Positions 19,196 through 28,682 of a stretch of 56,408 bases of DNA are shown here, in pieces. The position numbers and the translations under genes were made by a program. The stretch's first letter is position 1. Each line of letters opens with the position of its first letter. The notes beneath the pieces were generated by a model. It ran no database searches and had not been told where the DNA came from. It saw only the letters and a program-made list of their open reading frames with translations. This stretch comes from Candidatus Parcubacteria bacterium (GTDB lineage Bacteria; Patescibacteriota; Minisyncoccia; Phycocordibacterales; UBA6065), in the NCBI GenBank assembly GCA_039796155.1, contig JBDKKJ010000007.1, positions 1 to 56,408 of the forward strand. The letters run 5' to 3'.

Positions 19196-19948
19196 CTACA
19201 TCTTTACACACTCAACACACATAAAAAGTGGAATCTCTCTTCGTGCTCTGTCTTCAGCACTCTTTCGTGGACCCGCTTCACTCTCTTTGTGTGACACCCA
19301 CTCTTCAATACGCGATATAGCAAAACCAGCGTTTGAAAGTGTTTTTGAATACGTCTGGAGTGATCTGTGGAATGAATACGTGAGCTCTTTCTTTTCTTCA
19401 GTGGCTCCAGGATTCATATCAATGGCGGTACGTGATTCAGAAAGATATTCATCCACCCTGCGGTACTGAATATTTTTCTTTGCATCGAAATCCCATGCGG
19501 TCTTGCCAGGAATTCTGAATGTAGGGTGGTTGAGTACGAGCACGAATTTACCCTTATCATCAATGATTCGACTCACCTCTTTAAATGTTAAAGCCATCCG
19601 TTCGATGTTTTGAATCGCCAACACACATACCACAGCGTGAAAACTTTTGTTTTTAAACTTAGACAAATCATCTGACGGAGAAACATAAAATTCTTCATTA
19701 TGCCCCGCGTGTTTACGTGCTATATCAATAAGTTCAGGCGAAATATCTACACCTGTAATATGAGCACCTTTGGCAGAAAGCGCATGGGTAAAGAAACCTT
19801 GTCCACACGCAAGATCAAGAAGTTTCTTTCCTTTATCAGGGGCAATAATACGAACAAGGTTAGGTAAAATGACATTGACCTGATAAGAATCCTTGTCGTT
19901 TACCACCGTGTCATACCAGCCCGCAACATTTCCCCAGGACGTCTTCAT
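19196..19948 (-). CDS. class I SAM-dependent methyltransferase
   Basis: 250 aa. LLDLACGQG motif I. Confidence 0.85.
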   Translation of the reverse strand: MKTSWGNVAGWYDTVVNDKDSYQVNVILPNLVRIIAPDKGKKLLDLACGQGFFTHALSAKGAHITGVDISPELIDIARKHAGHNEEFYVSPSDDLSKFKNKSFHAVVCVLAIQNIERMALTFKEVSRIIDDKGKFVLVLNHPTFRIPGKTAWDFDAKKNIQYRRVDEYLSESRTAIDMNPGATEEKKELTYSFHRSLQTYSKTLSNAGFAISRIEEWVSHKESEAGPRKSAEDRARREIPLFMCVECVKM

Positions 19949-19950
19949 GA

Positions 19951-20325
19951 TTACTTCTTTCCTTTCTTAACCTTAGGTTTTGTAACAGACTTAACCTTCT
20001 TTGAGATACCGGCCCAGTGACCTTTCATATCAGTGATAAAAGCTTCTAGTTCGCTTGGCTCAATTGTTTTAAGGCTATTATATTTCTTAGCAATACTGTC
20101 TACAGCTGACATGTATGCAGATTCAGTCACCTCTTGTGCGTCCTCAAGCTTTTCGAGAACTTCTCCTTTCGCCTTAAGCATCCAACCTTTCACTTTTGCA
20201 CGATTCTTTGTAGCATCTTTGCTTCCGTAAAGATAATACGCCCCAACAGCTGCAGCTGTAAGACCCGCCAAACTTAACACAACCGCCTTTGCATTACCTG
20301 AACCCGCTGATTTTTTATGAACCAT
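19951..20325 (-). CDS. YtxH-like membrane-anchored protein
   Basis: 124 aa. N-terminal TM, Lys-rich helical remainder. Confidence 0.5.
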   Translation of the reverse strand: MVHKKSAGSGNAKAVVLSLAGLTAAAVGAYYLYGSKDATKNRAKVKGWMLKAKGEVLEKLEDAQEVTESAYMSAVDSIAKKYNSLKTIEPSELEAFITDMKGHWAGISKKVKSVTKPKVKKGKK

Positions 20326-20345
20326 AATGATGTAAATTAATGTAA

Positions 20346-20645
20346 TTAAATAAGCGTATCCACCTTCTTTTTAACTTTTTTACCTTTTCTCATGAAAAAC
20401 ATCCTTACGAGATCTGCGATATGCTTCCATTTCATTCCCTCATCTCGTAAAGAGGTGCGGAGCTGCTTGAGATCAGCCACGAGTTCTCCGCTCTCAACCC
20501 TTATCTTCTCTGTCACCTCACCCACGTTTCGCAAAATCTTGATTATGTACACCAAAGCAATAACAATACCTATTGATATCAAAACCAAGGCGATGGTTGA
20601 GATAAAGAAGAATATGTCCGCATGAATGAGTGATTCGTTTGGCAT
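20346..20645 (-). CDS. hypothetical membrane protein
   Basis: 99 aa. One TM helix and a basic C-terminus. Confidence 0.5.
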   Translation of the reverse strand: MPNESLIHADIFFFISTIALVLISIGIVIALVYIIKILRNVGEVTEKIRVESGELVADLKQLRTSLRDEGMKWKHIADLVRMFFMRKGKKVKKKVDTLI

Positions 20646-20649
20646 GGTA

Positions 20650-20895
20650 TTAAATAGAATTAGTACTCGTACTCGATGTCGCAGTTGAAGAGGTTCTAAC
20701 CACCTCTTCTATAAACAGAGTACCATTTTTATCCCTACACTGTCGTGGATACGATTCCATGACCGGATTACCCATACCCACACACGTTGTAAAGCTATCA
20801 GCAGCATCTCGATACGGTACATCAAATACAAAGAAAAGATATATACAGAGAGCTATAAGAACACACGTACCAATAAGTTTTATCTTAGAAAACAT
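20650..20895 (-). CDS. hypothetical membrane-anchored/secreted protein
   Basis: 81 aa. N-terminal TM/signal helix. Confidence 0.45.
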   Translation of the reverse strand: MFSKIKLIGTCVLIALCIYLFFVFDVPYRDAADSFTTCVGMGNPVMESYPRQCRDKNGTLFIEEVVRTSSTATSSTSTNSI

Positions 20896-20900
20896 GATTC

Positions 20901-21386
20901 TTAAGGGAGTGCAAAATAAATAAATATGCCAAGGAAAGTAATGGCAAGAACTATATTTACACCCACACCCACAGCACTTCCAAGTAAAGCGCTTCCCGCC
21001 GCCTTGAGGGCTTTATCTCGAGACTTCTTATAATACAACTCAGCTAGAAGTACACCGAGAAACAATCCCACAAAACTACCTAATGGAGGTAAAAGTAATG
21101 TGCCAATAAAAGCACAGAGCATACCCCAGAGGAGTGACTTTGTATGTGCACCACCATATTTTGCACCCAACACACCTGAACTGTGATCAATAATGATTGA
21201 TACGAACACGATACCGAGAAGAATAAGAATCTCATTAACAGTGAGTACTGCAAATCCACCATATATAGCAAATACAAGTGCGATCACGAACATATACGAC
21301 AATGCGGGCAACATGGGTACAAATGCCATGAGTACTCCGGGCACGATAAGAATTGATGCAAGTATGAGCGCAACAGTAGAAGCCAT
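20901..21386 (-). CDS. DUF456-like membrane protein
   Basis: 161 aa, four TM helices; the pattern resembles DUF456. Confidence 0.6.
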   Translation of the reverse strand: MASTVALILASILIVPGVLMAFVPMLPALSYMFVIALVFAIYGGFAVLTVNEILILLGIVFVSIIIDHSSGVLGAKYGGAHTKSLLWGMLCAFIGTLLLPPLGSFVGLFLGVLLAELYYKKSRDKALKAAGSALLGSAVGVGVNIVLAITFLGIFIYFALP

Positions 21387-21387
21387 G

Positions 21388-21954
21388 TTATGAGAGATTA
21401 GATTCGTCGACAGTTGTTTCCTTCCGTAGTGACATCCACAAAGAAAGTGCGATGAGTGCGCATGCAGAGACAGCCATCAGAGGAATTGTGATGTAACCGA
21501 ATTGAAGAACAAAGTTCTTTGCACATGATGACGAATAACCAATAACAAGGCACTCAAGTCCAAAAGGATTCCACCCGAGCTGACCTACATAGTGAAATAA
21601 CGCAATAAGACCACCAATTATTGCCAAGACAATACCATATAGCTTTACGACATATTCTTTTCGCCACAGAGCCATTCCCAAAATAATTACTTCAGGATAA
21701 ATGAAGATGCGCTGGAACCAACACAACTTACATGGTTCATATCCAATAATGTCTGAGTAGATGAGACTTCCTACTGTAGCAAGGAGTGCAACGAGAAACG
21801 CCACGGTCAAGCCGTGAGTTTTGAAAAACCGACTGAACACCGTGTTTTTAAATTTTGGAACATAAAGAGAAAGGAGGATACCAACACAGAGTATCTGTGC
21901 AACTACAGAAAGAACACTCCATGCTATATTCATGGTGAGAGTGATGTTGTCCAT
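21388..21954 (-). CDS. disulfide bond formation protein B-like (DsbB/BdbC family)
   Basis: CKLCWFQR redox motif in the first periplasmic loop and a second Cys pair later; polytopic. The ATG at 21954 lies 1 nt after the upstream stop. Confidence 0.75.
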   Translation of the reverse strand: MDNITLTMNIAWSVLSVVAQILCVGILLSLYVPKFKNTVFSRFFKTHGLTVAFLVALLATVGSLIYSDIIGYEPCKLCWFQRIFIYPEVIILGMALWRKEYVVKLYGIVLAIIGGLIALFHYVGQLGWNPFGLECLVIGYSSSCAKNFVLQFGYITIPLMAVSACALIALSLWMSLRKETTVDESNLS

Positions 21955-21955
21955 A

Positions 21956-22333
21956 TTATTTGCTCTGAGTGAAGGTACACCCTGTAAATGATGCAAGATC
22001 TGCAAATTTTAATTTTCCAGACTTTCTAGTGCCGTCTTTAAATTCCCAAGTTGGATAGCCTTCAATTTTCTTTTGTTTACAAACTTCAGTCTGACTCTGA
22101 CCATCGAGAGTAGAACACTCCACGTACGGAAGTTGTTTTGCAGATTTTCCAAAGAGAGCTTTTTGTTCTTGGCAATGAGAGCACCAAAAAGCACCAAAAA
22201 ATGTTGCCCCACTATCTTTAATACACGTAGCAAACTCATCGTACTTCCCTGGCTGTGATGAGTACCAAACCATCCCTGCAAAAATGCCAACTACTAAAAT
22301 ACCGATTATTATCCATGATGTATACTTTTTCAT
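21956..22333 (-). CDS. membrane-anchored thioredoxin-like protein
   Basis: N-terminal TM plus FGAFWCSHCQEQK (CxxC). Start trimmed to MKKYTSW (ATG 22333). Confidence 0.7.
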   Translation of the reverse strand: MKKYTSWIIIGILVVGIFAGMVWYSSQPGKYDEFATCIKDSGATFFGAFWCSHCQEQKALFGKSAKQLPYVECSTLDGQSQTEVCKQKKIEGYPTWEFKDGTRKSGKLKFADLASFTGCTFTQSK

Positions 22334-22399
22334 ATATACACAGTATATCAAAAGCAAAGCCCCTCAACCCTTACGGATCGAGGGGCTTTGTGCGCTAAT

Positions 22400-25300
22400 T
22401 TATTTAGTTAAACCAGAGGCTCGTACAGCCTTGTCGTAGAGCGCAATCAAAACTGAGAGACAGATGACAATCATTGCAAAGAGGTTTATCGCAACGAGGG
22501 CCAAGAGCCAACCAAGTCCAAATCCTGCCTTATCCGCGAACCATTGTGGATTAAGTATAAAGGACATTGTATTAAGGACATTAAGGACAGTTCCTACCGC
22601 GAGAGCTGATGATCCTCTTATAAGGGACATATAGAAGTCATCTACCGCCACGTCCCGTCGAAGCGTTGGAGCTATAATAAGACCCGCACCTATGAGTATG
22701 AGAAGAAGTATGAGTATTTGGTACCAAGGAATGTCCTTTAGAAAATCTATCACCCGTTGTGACATGGCCCCAAACACGCCCGCCACATTAGATATAGAGC
22801 CAGCGCTTGTTGTAGCTTGACCAATCACACCCTCAAACTGGCCTGAGTTATCCACGTTTGGATAAAGGACAGTGTTATCAATGATGTCCTTTAGACTCTC
22901 ATTGCCTGAGTATGTAGGATTACCTGCGCAGAACACCTTATTTATATAACGCGCTGTTGTGATGTACACAATACCTGTTGGTGCTGTTGTTACACCCCAA
23001 GGAGCAAGGATCTCATCGCTATGCTTTGTCTGTAGCGCTATTACAGCAGCTTCAGTAGCACCGTTAAAATCACCATCTATAGCAAGGTTTGCACCTTCAT
23101 ATGTATTCAAAAAGTACTGAAGCTTACGTACTTCATTAGGGTTGTTATCTATACCCTTTCTAAGGAAAGCTGTAATAAAGTTACCAGCTGGGCAGACAAG
23201 CTCAGGTCCTGCAATTCCAGTCGTTGCCGGTCGAACAGTATCAAATGTAATCAAAAGATTATTGGTTGTTGTAGATGTCACACCAACTTTGCTACAGCCG
23301 AATCCAACGCAAGGTCCACCGCCACCACCTCCACCACGTCGTACCGTACCTCCTCCAGATGAAGATCCGCTTCCACTACCTGAGGATTCGTTATCGTTGT
23401 TTGTTATTGAAACTGTCTTTGCGGCAATATTGTTCCAAAGTGGGTCTGAGCTTACTGATGCACCAACGCTTACCATGTACGACACATTACCATCAAGAAT
23501 GCCGTCATTCTGCCCTGTCACAATGACTGTCTGAGCGAGATTCCAGTTAGCTGGCGTAAACGTAAGGCTTCTTACAGACGTTGTGCCTTCTGCAAAATTT
23601 GAACTCAAAATCGGCAACACGACATTCACTGATGGTGCCATTGTAAGAGCCGCGCTAAATGAAGCGGTGATTCCTGACTCAGTTGTAATCAAACCTGAAA
23701 CTGGAGAGACTGAGAAGTCAGGTGTAGCAACAACGGTCGTTGGGTTAACAACTAGAGTCACTGACTGAGTAGATGTACTAAATGAATTTCCGCAAGCAAT
23801 CGTATATGTAAGATTGGTTGGGGCAAAAACTGTCACGGGCGCAATCGCAAAAGTACCAGAAGTATTCTGGTTTCCAGACCATGCACCTGAAGCAACACAA
23901 AGAGTTGCGTTTGAAGATCCCCAAGAAAGAGTTGCACCGTTACCACTCACAACAGGATTAGGGCTTACATTGAAGAGTGAGATAGTTCCGCCAGGGTTTC
24001 CCGTTCCGGCTGGATTAATTGTGAGGCTTACTGACTGTGTAGATGTACCCGTAGAGTTTCCACAAGCAATCGTGTACGTCTTTGTAGTAACAGAGCTTAC
24101 AGTCTGTGTACCTATGTTGAAGCTACCTGAAACTGCCTGATTTCCAGACCAATCGCCTGAAGCTACACAAAGTGTTGCGTTTGCGGTTGACCACGTAAGA
24201 AGTGCAGTGTTTCCACTCGTGATTGTAGTTGGACTGATGCTAAATGCAGAAATCGTTCCACCAACAACTACCACCGGTGGAAGACTGATGGTAATCGTAT
24301 GCGTAATAGGGCTTGATGAGAGGCCAGCAGCGTCTCGAGCTGTCACAGAGAATGTGTATGTACCAGGAGCTGCGAATGTACGTGTAATTGAGTCTCCAAC
24401 ACCTGAAACGGTCAAAGCGGTGTATTGAACACCAACACCGTTGTTGCTCCAGTCAAAGCCGTATGAAAGGTTGTCGTTCTGAGGATCAGTTGCAACAACA
24501 AAGAATTGAATAGGAGTTCCAGCAGTACCTGTTGTAGCTGGTGTGATGAGAGCTGGAAGGTTTGGAGCTGTGTTAACTGGTGGAACGACAATTGTTGTAA
24601 CAGTGAACTGAATTGTAGTCACTGGAGAGAATGCACCCTGAATATCTCGAGCAGAAACACGTACTGGGTATGTTCCAGCAGCTGTGAATGTATGTGCGAG
24701 CTGAGCCTGAGTACCTGAAGGTACGTATCCGCTGTAGTTGTCCACAACGCCGTCGTTGTCCCAATCAAAGCCGTAATCTACATTGTCTCCATCTGGATCT
24801 GTTGTGGTTGCTGTGAAGGTTGCAGAAACGTTAACAGAACCTGTGATTGTCGCAGGAGCGAGGCTTGGTGCGAGAGGTGCGCGGTTAACGGTTCCTGTAC
24901 CACCAGTAGTACAACCAGAAATTTCCTTTGGTGAATTTGAAAGCAATTGATTTGTTCCCCCGTTAGAATCGATACCGTATGCATAGACCAAATGAGTTTG
25001 ACCATCCTTGAGACTTGTTGGTGTTGGGAAAGAGTAGCCGTGATTGCCTGTTATATTCTCAGCGGTATTCACGTCCGAACGTGCACCATCTGCAAGCGTG
25101 TCACCTATAAAAACATGACCTGAAGGTGTGTCAGTATAAAAATGAACCCCAATAGATGCAGAAGAGTTGTTTGAATCGTATGTCCAACCGTTAAAAACGC
25201 TGCACGTTGCACTATCGAGGAAACCAGTAGGATTCGTACTTACAACCGGAGGTACCACACAATTACCTGACCCATCAACAATCATTCCAGTTGGAGTTGT

Positions 25301-25861
25301 TGCTTGTGTACCGTCAATGTTTGGACACACATCTGTAACCGGTGCTGCATCTCGCTGGCAGGTAATCTTTGTCCAGTATTCATCGTTTCCACCCGATGCA
25401 CCATATGTAATCCATGAACCGTTTACATAATCACGCTGGAAGTTGTCACCGGGTGAGCTCCAACCACTTTTAGTCCAAGCATCTGGACTACATACGGTAT
25501 CCTGATAACCCTGTTCACGACATATTTGGCCCGAAGTCTCACATATTGAACGAACAGCAGCAGTACCAATGTAATCGGCACCTCCGCTGAGTGGAGATGA
25601 AGGATCCCATTGACCGGTAGAAAGGTTGTTTCGATAAAGCACTGTACAATCTTTACCAGCTGGACAGCCAGGAATAAGGGTTCCGGAAAAAGAAGATGAC
25701 ACTACGGGTTCAGTACCGAGCGTCTGTTCTGAAGTAACATCATTTTGAAAAGCGGCGAACACCGCAAGTGGTGAAGTAGACTGGACCGCAACAGCAAAAA
25801 GGAGCGCTATGGTGAGCGCTTTTCTCTTTATTTGCTTAGTATGTTGCTGGGTCTGGTTCAT
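22400..25861 (-). CDS. large secreted multi-domain surface protein (Cys-rich N-terminal region, PKD-like repeats, tandem Ig-like repeats, PG-binding-like domain, C-terminal TM helices)
   Basis: 1153 aa. Signal-like N-terminus; two PKD-like units (DPDGDNVDYGFDWDNDG / DPQNDNLSYGFDWSNNG); two 90-aa tandem units; Gly-run; EVRKLQYFLN...DGDFG-like peptidoglycan-binding motif; three C-terminal TM helices. Confidence 0.85.
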   Translation of the reverse strand: MNQTQQHTKQIKRKALTIALLFAVAVQSTSPLAVFAAFQNDVTSEQTLGTEPVVSSSFSGTLIPGCPAGKDCTVLYRNNLSTGQWDPSSPLSGGADYIGTAAVRSICETSGQICREQGYQDTVCSPDAWTKSGWSSPGDNFQRDYVNGSWITYGASGGNDEYWTKITCQRDAAPVTDVCPNIDGTQATTPTGMIVDGSGNCVVPPVVSTNPTGFLDSATCSVFNGWTYDSNNSSASIGVHFYTDTPSGHVFIGDTLADGARSDVNTAENITGNHGYSFPTPTSLKDGQTHLVYAYGIDSNGGTNQLLSNSPKEISGCTTGGTGTVNRAPLAPSLAPATITGSVNVSATFTATTTDPDGDNVDYGFDWDNDGVVDNYSGYVPSGTQAQLAHTFTAAGTYPVRVSARDIQGAFSPVTTIQFTVTTIVVPPVNTAPNLPALITPATTGTAGTPIQFFVVATDPQNDNLSYGFDWSNNGVGVQYTALTVSGVGDSITRTFAAPGTYTFSVTARDAAGLSSSPITHTITISLPPVVVVGGTISAFSISPTTITSGNTALLTWSTANATLCVASGDWSGNQAVSGSFNIGTQTVSSVTTKTYTIACGNSTGTSTQSVSLTINPAGTGNPGGTISLFNVSPNPVVSGNGATLSWGSSNATLCVASGAWSGNQNTSGTFAIAPVTVFAPTNLTYTIACGNSFSTSTQSVTLVVNPTTVVATPDFSVSPVSGLITTESGITASFSAALTMAPSVNVVLPILSSNFAEGTTSVRSLTFTPANWNLAQTVIVTGQNDGILDGNVSYMVSVGASVSSDPLWNNIAAKTVSITNNDNESSGSGSGSSSGGGTVRRGGGGGGGPCVGFGCSKVGVTSTTTNNLLITFDTVRPATTGIAGPELVCPAGNFITAFLRKGIDNNPNEVRKLQYFLNTYEGANLAIDGDFNGATEAAVIALQTKHSDEILAPWGVTTAPTGIVYITTARYINKVFCAGNPTYSGNESLKDIIDNTVLYPNVDNSGQFEGVIGQATTSAGSISNVAGVFGAMSQRVIDFLKDIPWYQILILLLILIGAGLIIAPTLRRDVAVDDFYMSLIRGSSALAVGTVLNVLNTMSFILNPQWFADKAGFGLGWLLALVAINLFAMIVICLSVLIALYDKAVRASGLTK
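23723..24262 (-). repeat. two tandem 270-nt (90-aa) intragenic repeat units
   Basis: GGTISAFSISPTTITSGNTALLTWSTANATLCVASGDWSGNQ... versus GGTISLFNVSPNPVVSGNGATLSWGSSNATLCVASGAWSGNQ...; unit starts are at 24262 and 23992. Confidence 0.7.
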
Positions 25862-26261
25862 TTCTAAAAATCACTTATATATCTACATTAGTGAAATACA
25901 CGACAAAGTCAAAGAAAACAGCACCACAAGTATACGATTAATGTCAAAGATTATTATAAAGGACATCATGAAATAACGTTATTATATAATGTCCTTTATA
26001 GAATCCTTATCGAGAAACGTAATTATTAGGCGTAAAGGACAATTTATACATCATTGACGAAATTGTAATAAAAGAGTGCTGTTTTTAACAAAATATTAAA
26101 TAATGTTTATTGAATAATGTCAAATACATATTGCTATAGTGTATCAGGATGTGATGTACTGAAAAACTACGAATTGACTGAATGCGCCTAAACAGACACA
26201 ATATGAGTCCACTGATGACTTACCTGTTCATTCAACCACAACCACATACATTCGTATTCAG

Positions 26262-26501
26262 ATGACAACACACCCAAGATACGTTGCACTCACCGAAGAT
26301 CACACCACTGTTGCTGGTCCCACCAAAGGAACGTTTTATCAGGAAGGCGATTCATTTGTTTTTTTCGCGGAAACTAAAGTGTTCGATGCTGATTTTTACA
26401 TCGTAAATGGTCCCAATGATGTAAAAATCTGGTTACCCGCTGTAATTCTCGAAAGAATTGACAGGGTGCCCTGGCTTCTCGATGTTGCCTGTGCTGTATA
26501 G
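26262..26501 (+). CDS. hypothetical protein (79 aa)
   Basis: ORF followed directly by a strong terminator hairpin; no recognisable family. Confidence 0.45.
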   Translation: MTTHPRYVALTEDHTTVAGPTKGTFYQEGDSFVFFAETKVFDADFYIVNGPNDVKIWLPAVILERIDRVPWLLDVACAV

Positions 26502-26507
26502 CACTCT

Positions 26508-26538
26508 GGCCGGACGATTCAATCGTCCGGCCACTTTT
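26508..26538 (+). terminator. intrinsic terminator
   Basis: 11-bp stem GGCCGGACGAT/ATCGTCCGGCC with a 3-nt loop, followed by ACTTTTTATT. Confidence 0.7.
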
Positions 26539-26548
26539 TATTTACACC

Positions 26549-27946
26549 CTATCCTCGTGGATCAAATATAGACGGTTTTATTTTCTCGCCGTTGATAATT
26601 CTGGATATTCTCTCGGCACCAAATATTGAAGGAAGAATTCCTACACCATTACAGCCTAAGTTGTATAAAAGTGTTCGATTCTTTGGCTCCTCACCAATAA
26701 GTCGCACGCCAGAAGGTGTATAGCCCATGAGTCCGTGCCATGTGAATTGATAATCAATTTTTTTGTTTGGATCTGGGTCGTATGTCGATCGTACAAATGC
26801 CTGAATACGTTTTTTTTCCTCCTCTGGATAATCAAAATCAGCGTCGTACCCCATTCTTTTTTCTAAAGAAAACTCGGGACCGCCCACACTGATCAGATTG
26901 CTATTCTGCTGACCTTCGAAATCAAAGGACCTGCGTGTGAGGTAAAAATAAGGATCGGCAGCATATGGATCACCCTCATCGGTATTCAGAGTTTCAAAAT
27001 AACTTACAGCGGTTGGTGGTTTACTCATTGGTTCTAGATACGCCGACATATACCCAACCACACCGTGAACCAAATGATGAAACTTTGTATTAATAGCGAG
27101 ACCTCCCTCATTAATCAGAGTAAAACCTTCGAAACCATTCGTACACAAGATAACTCGTTCAGTGGTAATAGTATATTTACCCGCATCTAAAATAGCCTTA
27201 CCGTCACGCAAAACGACTTTCTCTATAGGAGTGTGCTCATAGAGTGCGCAACGATTTGAGAACTCTTTTAATAGATATGATGCAATTTCCTGACTAAAGA
27301 GCGCTGAGTTCAAGCAACCTTTCTGATATGAGAGACATGCAACGTATGCGGCATTGTGTGTCTGAAGTCGCGATGAAACCTCGGTATCCGGTACCACTTC
27401 ATAAAAATCTTTAAATTCAGCCGGGATACCTGCAAGAAAAGGAGCCTTGTCAGATATTCGCATTTCTTCAGTGCGTAATCCCGCCTTTTTGCGTTGAATA
27501 TTGTCTTTAAGGTGACGAATAACTTGATCATACGTAGTAAAGCCTGCGTGGCCCATAAATCGCGCCAAAGGCAAAGAAAGACCTGCCTCGGTATACATCC
27601 GATCAAGAAGTTCCCAAGCATTCTCAATAGCTCTTTGTGCGTCGGCCGCTTTTTCAAGACCAAACTCCTCAACCAACTCGTAAAATGGTCGTTCAAAGTA
27701 GCTCGCGACCTGACCCGCATTGTGTCCCGTTGCGCCGTGGGCTAATTTACCTTTTTCAACGATAACAACTTTTTTATCGGTATTTTTAAGCAAGAAGAAA
27801 GCTGTTGAGATGCCTGCAATGCCTGCGCCGACAATAACAACTGATGTTGTTATGTCCCCGGGAAGCGTAACAATGGGACGTTCTTGATTCATCTGATAAA
27901 TCCATGGGGATTGGTACTTCATGTTCTGATTATAACTATTTAACAT
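26549..27946 (-). CDS. FAD-dependent oxidoreductase (DAO family)
   Basis: 465 aa. VVIVGAGIAGISTAFFL Rossmann GxGxxG motif. Confidence 0.8.
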   Translation of the reverse strand: MLNSYNQNMKYQSPWIYQMNQERPIVTLPGDITTSVVIVGAGIAGISTAFFLLKNTDKKVVIVEKGKLAHGATGHNAGQVASYFERPFYELVEEFGLEKAADAQRAIENAWELLDRMYTEAGLSLPLARFMGHAGFTTYDQVIRHLKDNIQRKKAGLRTEEMRISDKAPFLAGIPAEFKDFYEVVPDTEVSSRLQTHNAAYVACLSYQKGCLNSALFSQEIASYLLKEFSNRCALYEHTPIEKVVLRDGKAILDAGKYTITTERVILCTNGFEGFTLINEGGLAINTKFHHLVHGVVGYMSAYLEPMSKPPTAVSYFETLNTDEGDPYAADPYFYLTRRSFDFEGQQNSNLISVGGPEFSLEKRMGYDADFDYPEEEKKRIQAFVRSTYDPDPNKKIDYQFTWHGLMGYTPSGVRLIGEEPKNRTLLYNLGCNGVGILPSIFGAERISRIINGEKIKPSIFDPRG

Positions 27947-28006
27947 GTATCATTCCACCATTTGGCATCGCAACGAAGACTGCAAAATATTTAAGAACAA
28001 TCACAA

Positions 28007-28612
28007 TCATAACCTCAAGGATTTCAACATTGTTTCAAATAAAGCTGACAAACCCGCCCTATCGTACTCTTTGACCGTACCCGGATCATAGTTTGCAATT
28101 TGGGTTGTGTGTACAAATTCACGAACAGCAATACACGCGCCGTCATTTTCAGTTACAAACACGGTCTGATCATATCTATTACCAGCCCCAGCATCACTTA
28201 CGCTCGCCTTCTTAAAGGAAATCCCGTCCACAACAATATCTTCTGCTGCCTGTGGTGAATCAATGAATGACGCGGGCTCACAATCAACATCAGAAAGTTT
28301 TTCAACAGCAATATATGAATCTGCGGAAAGATTTGTTCCTTTTGAAAATAACTCCGGGATTATAAAGGCAATTCCTGGGATTTCACGACCTGGTCCAAAG
28401 TCCTGATTAAGGTATGACTCGTTTACAGTAAAACCGGGGGCAGGAGTAATCTCAAAGCCAAAGAGCGAACTTTTATAAACACCTTTCGGTGGCGTGACAT
28501 CCCCTGTTACGCCCTGCGTCTGGATAATAGTTTCGCTCTTTGAGTGCGTCAAAAACCATAGAAGCCCTGCGAGGACAATAAGGGCACTTATGATTAAAAA
28601 TATTTTTTTCAT
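28007..28612 (-). CDS. hypothetical secreted/membrane-anchored protein
   Basis: 201 aa. N-terminal signal/TM helix; no family recognised. Confidence 0.55.
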   Translation of the reverse strand: MKKIFLIISALIVLAGLLWFLTHSKSETIIQTQGVTGDVTPPKGVYKSSLFGFEITPAPGFTVNESYLNQDFGPGREIPGIAFIIPELFSKGTNLSADSYIAVEKLSDVDCEPASFIDSPQAAEDIVVDGISFKKASVSDAGAGNRYDQTVFVTENDGACIAVREFVHTTQIANYDPGTVKEYDRAGLSALFETMLKSLRL

Positions 28613-28682
28613 ACACCTATAATACTACGTTTACAAAAAGTTTTGTGTAAAAGCCATTGCGTGATAGCCTGTCATTACGTAT

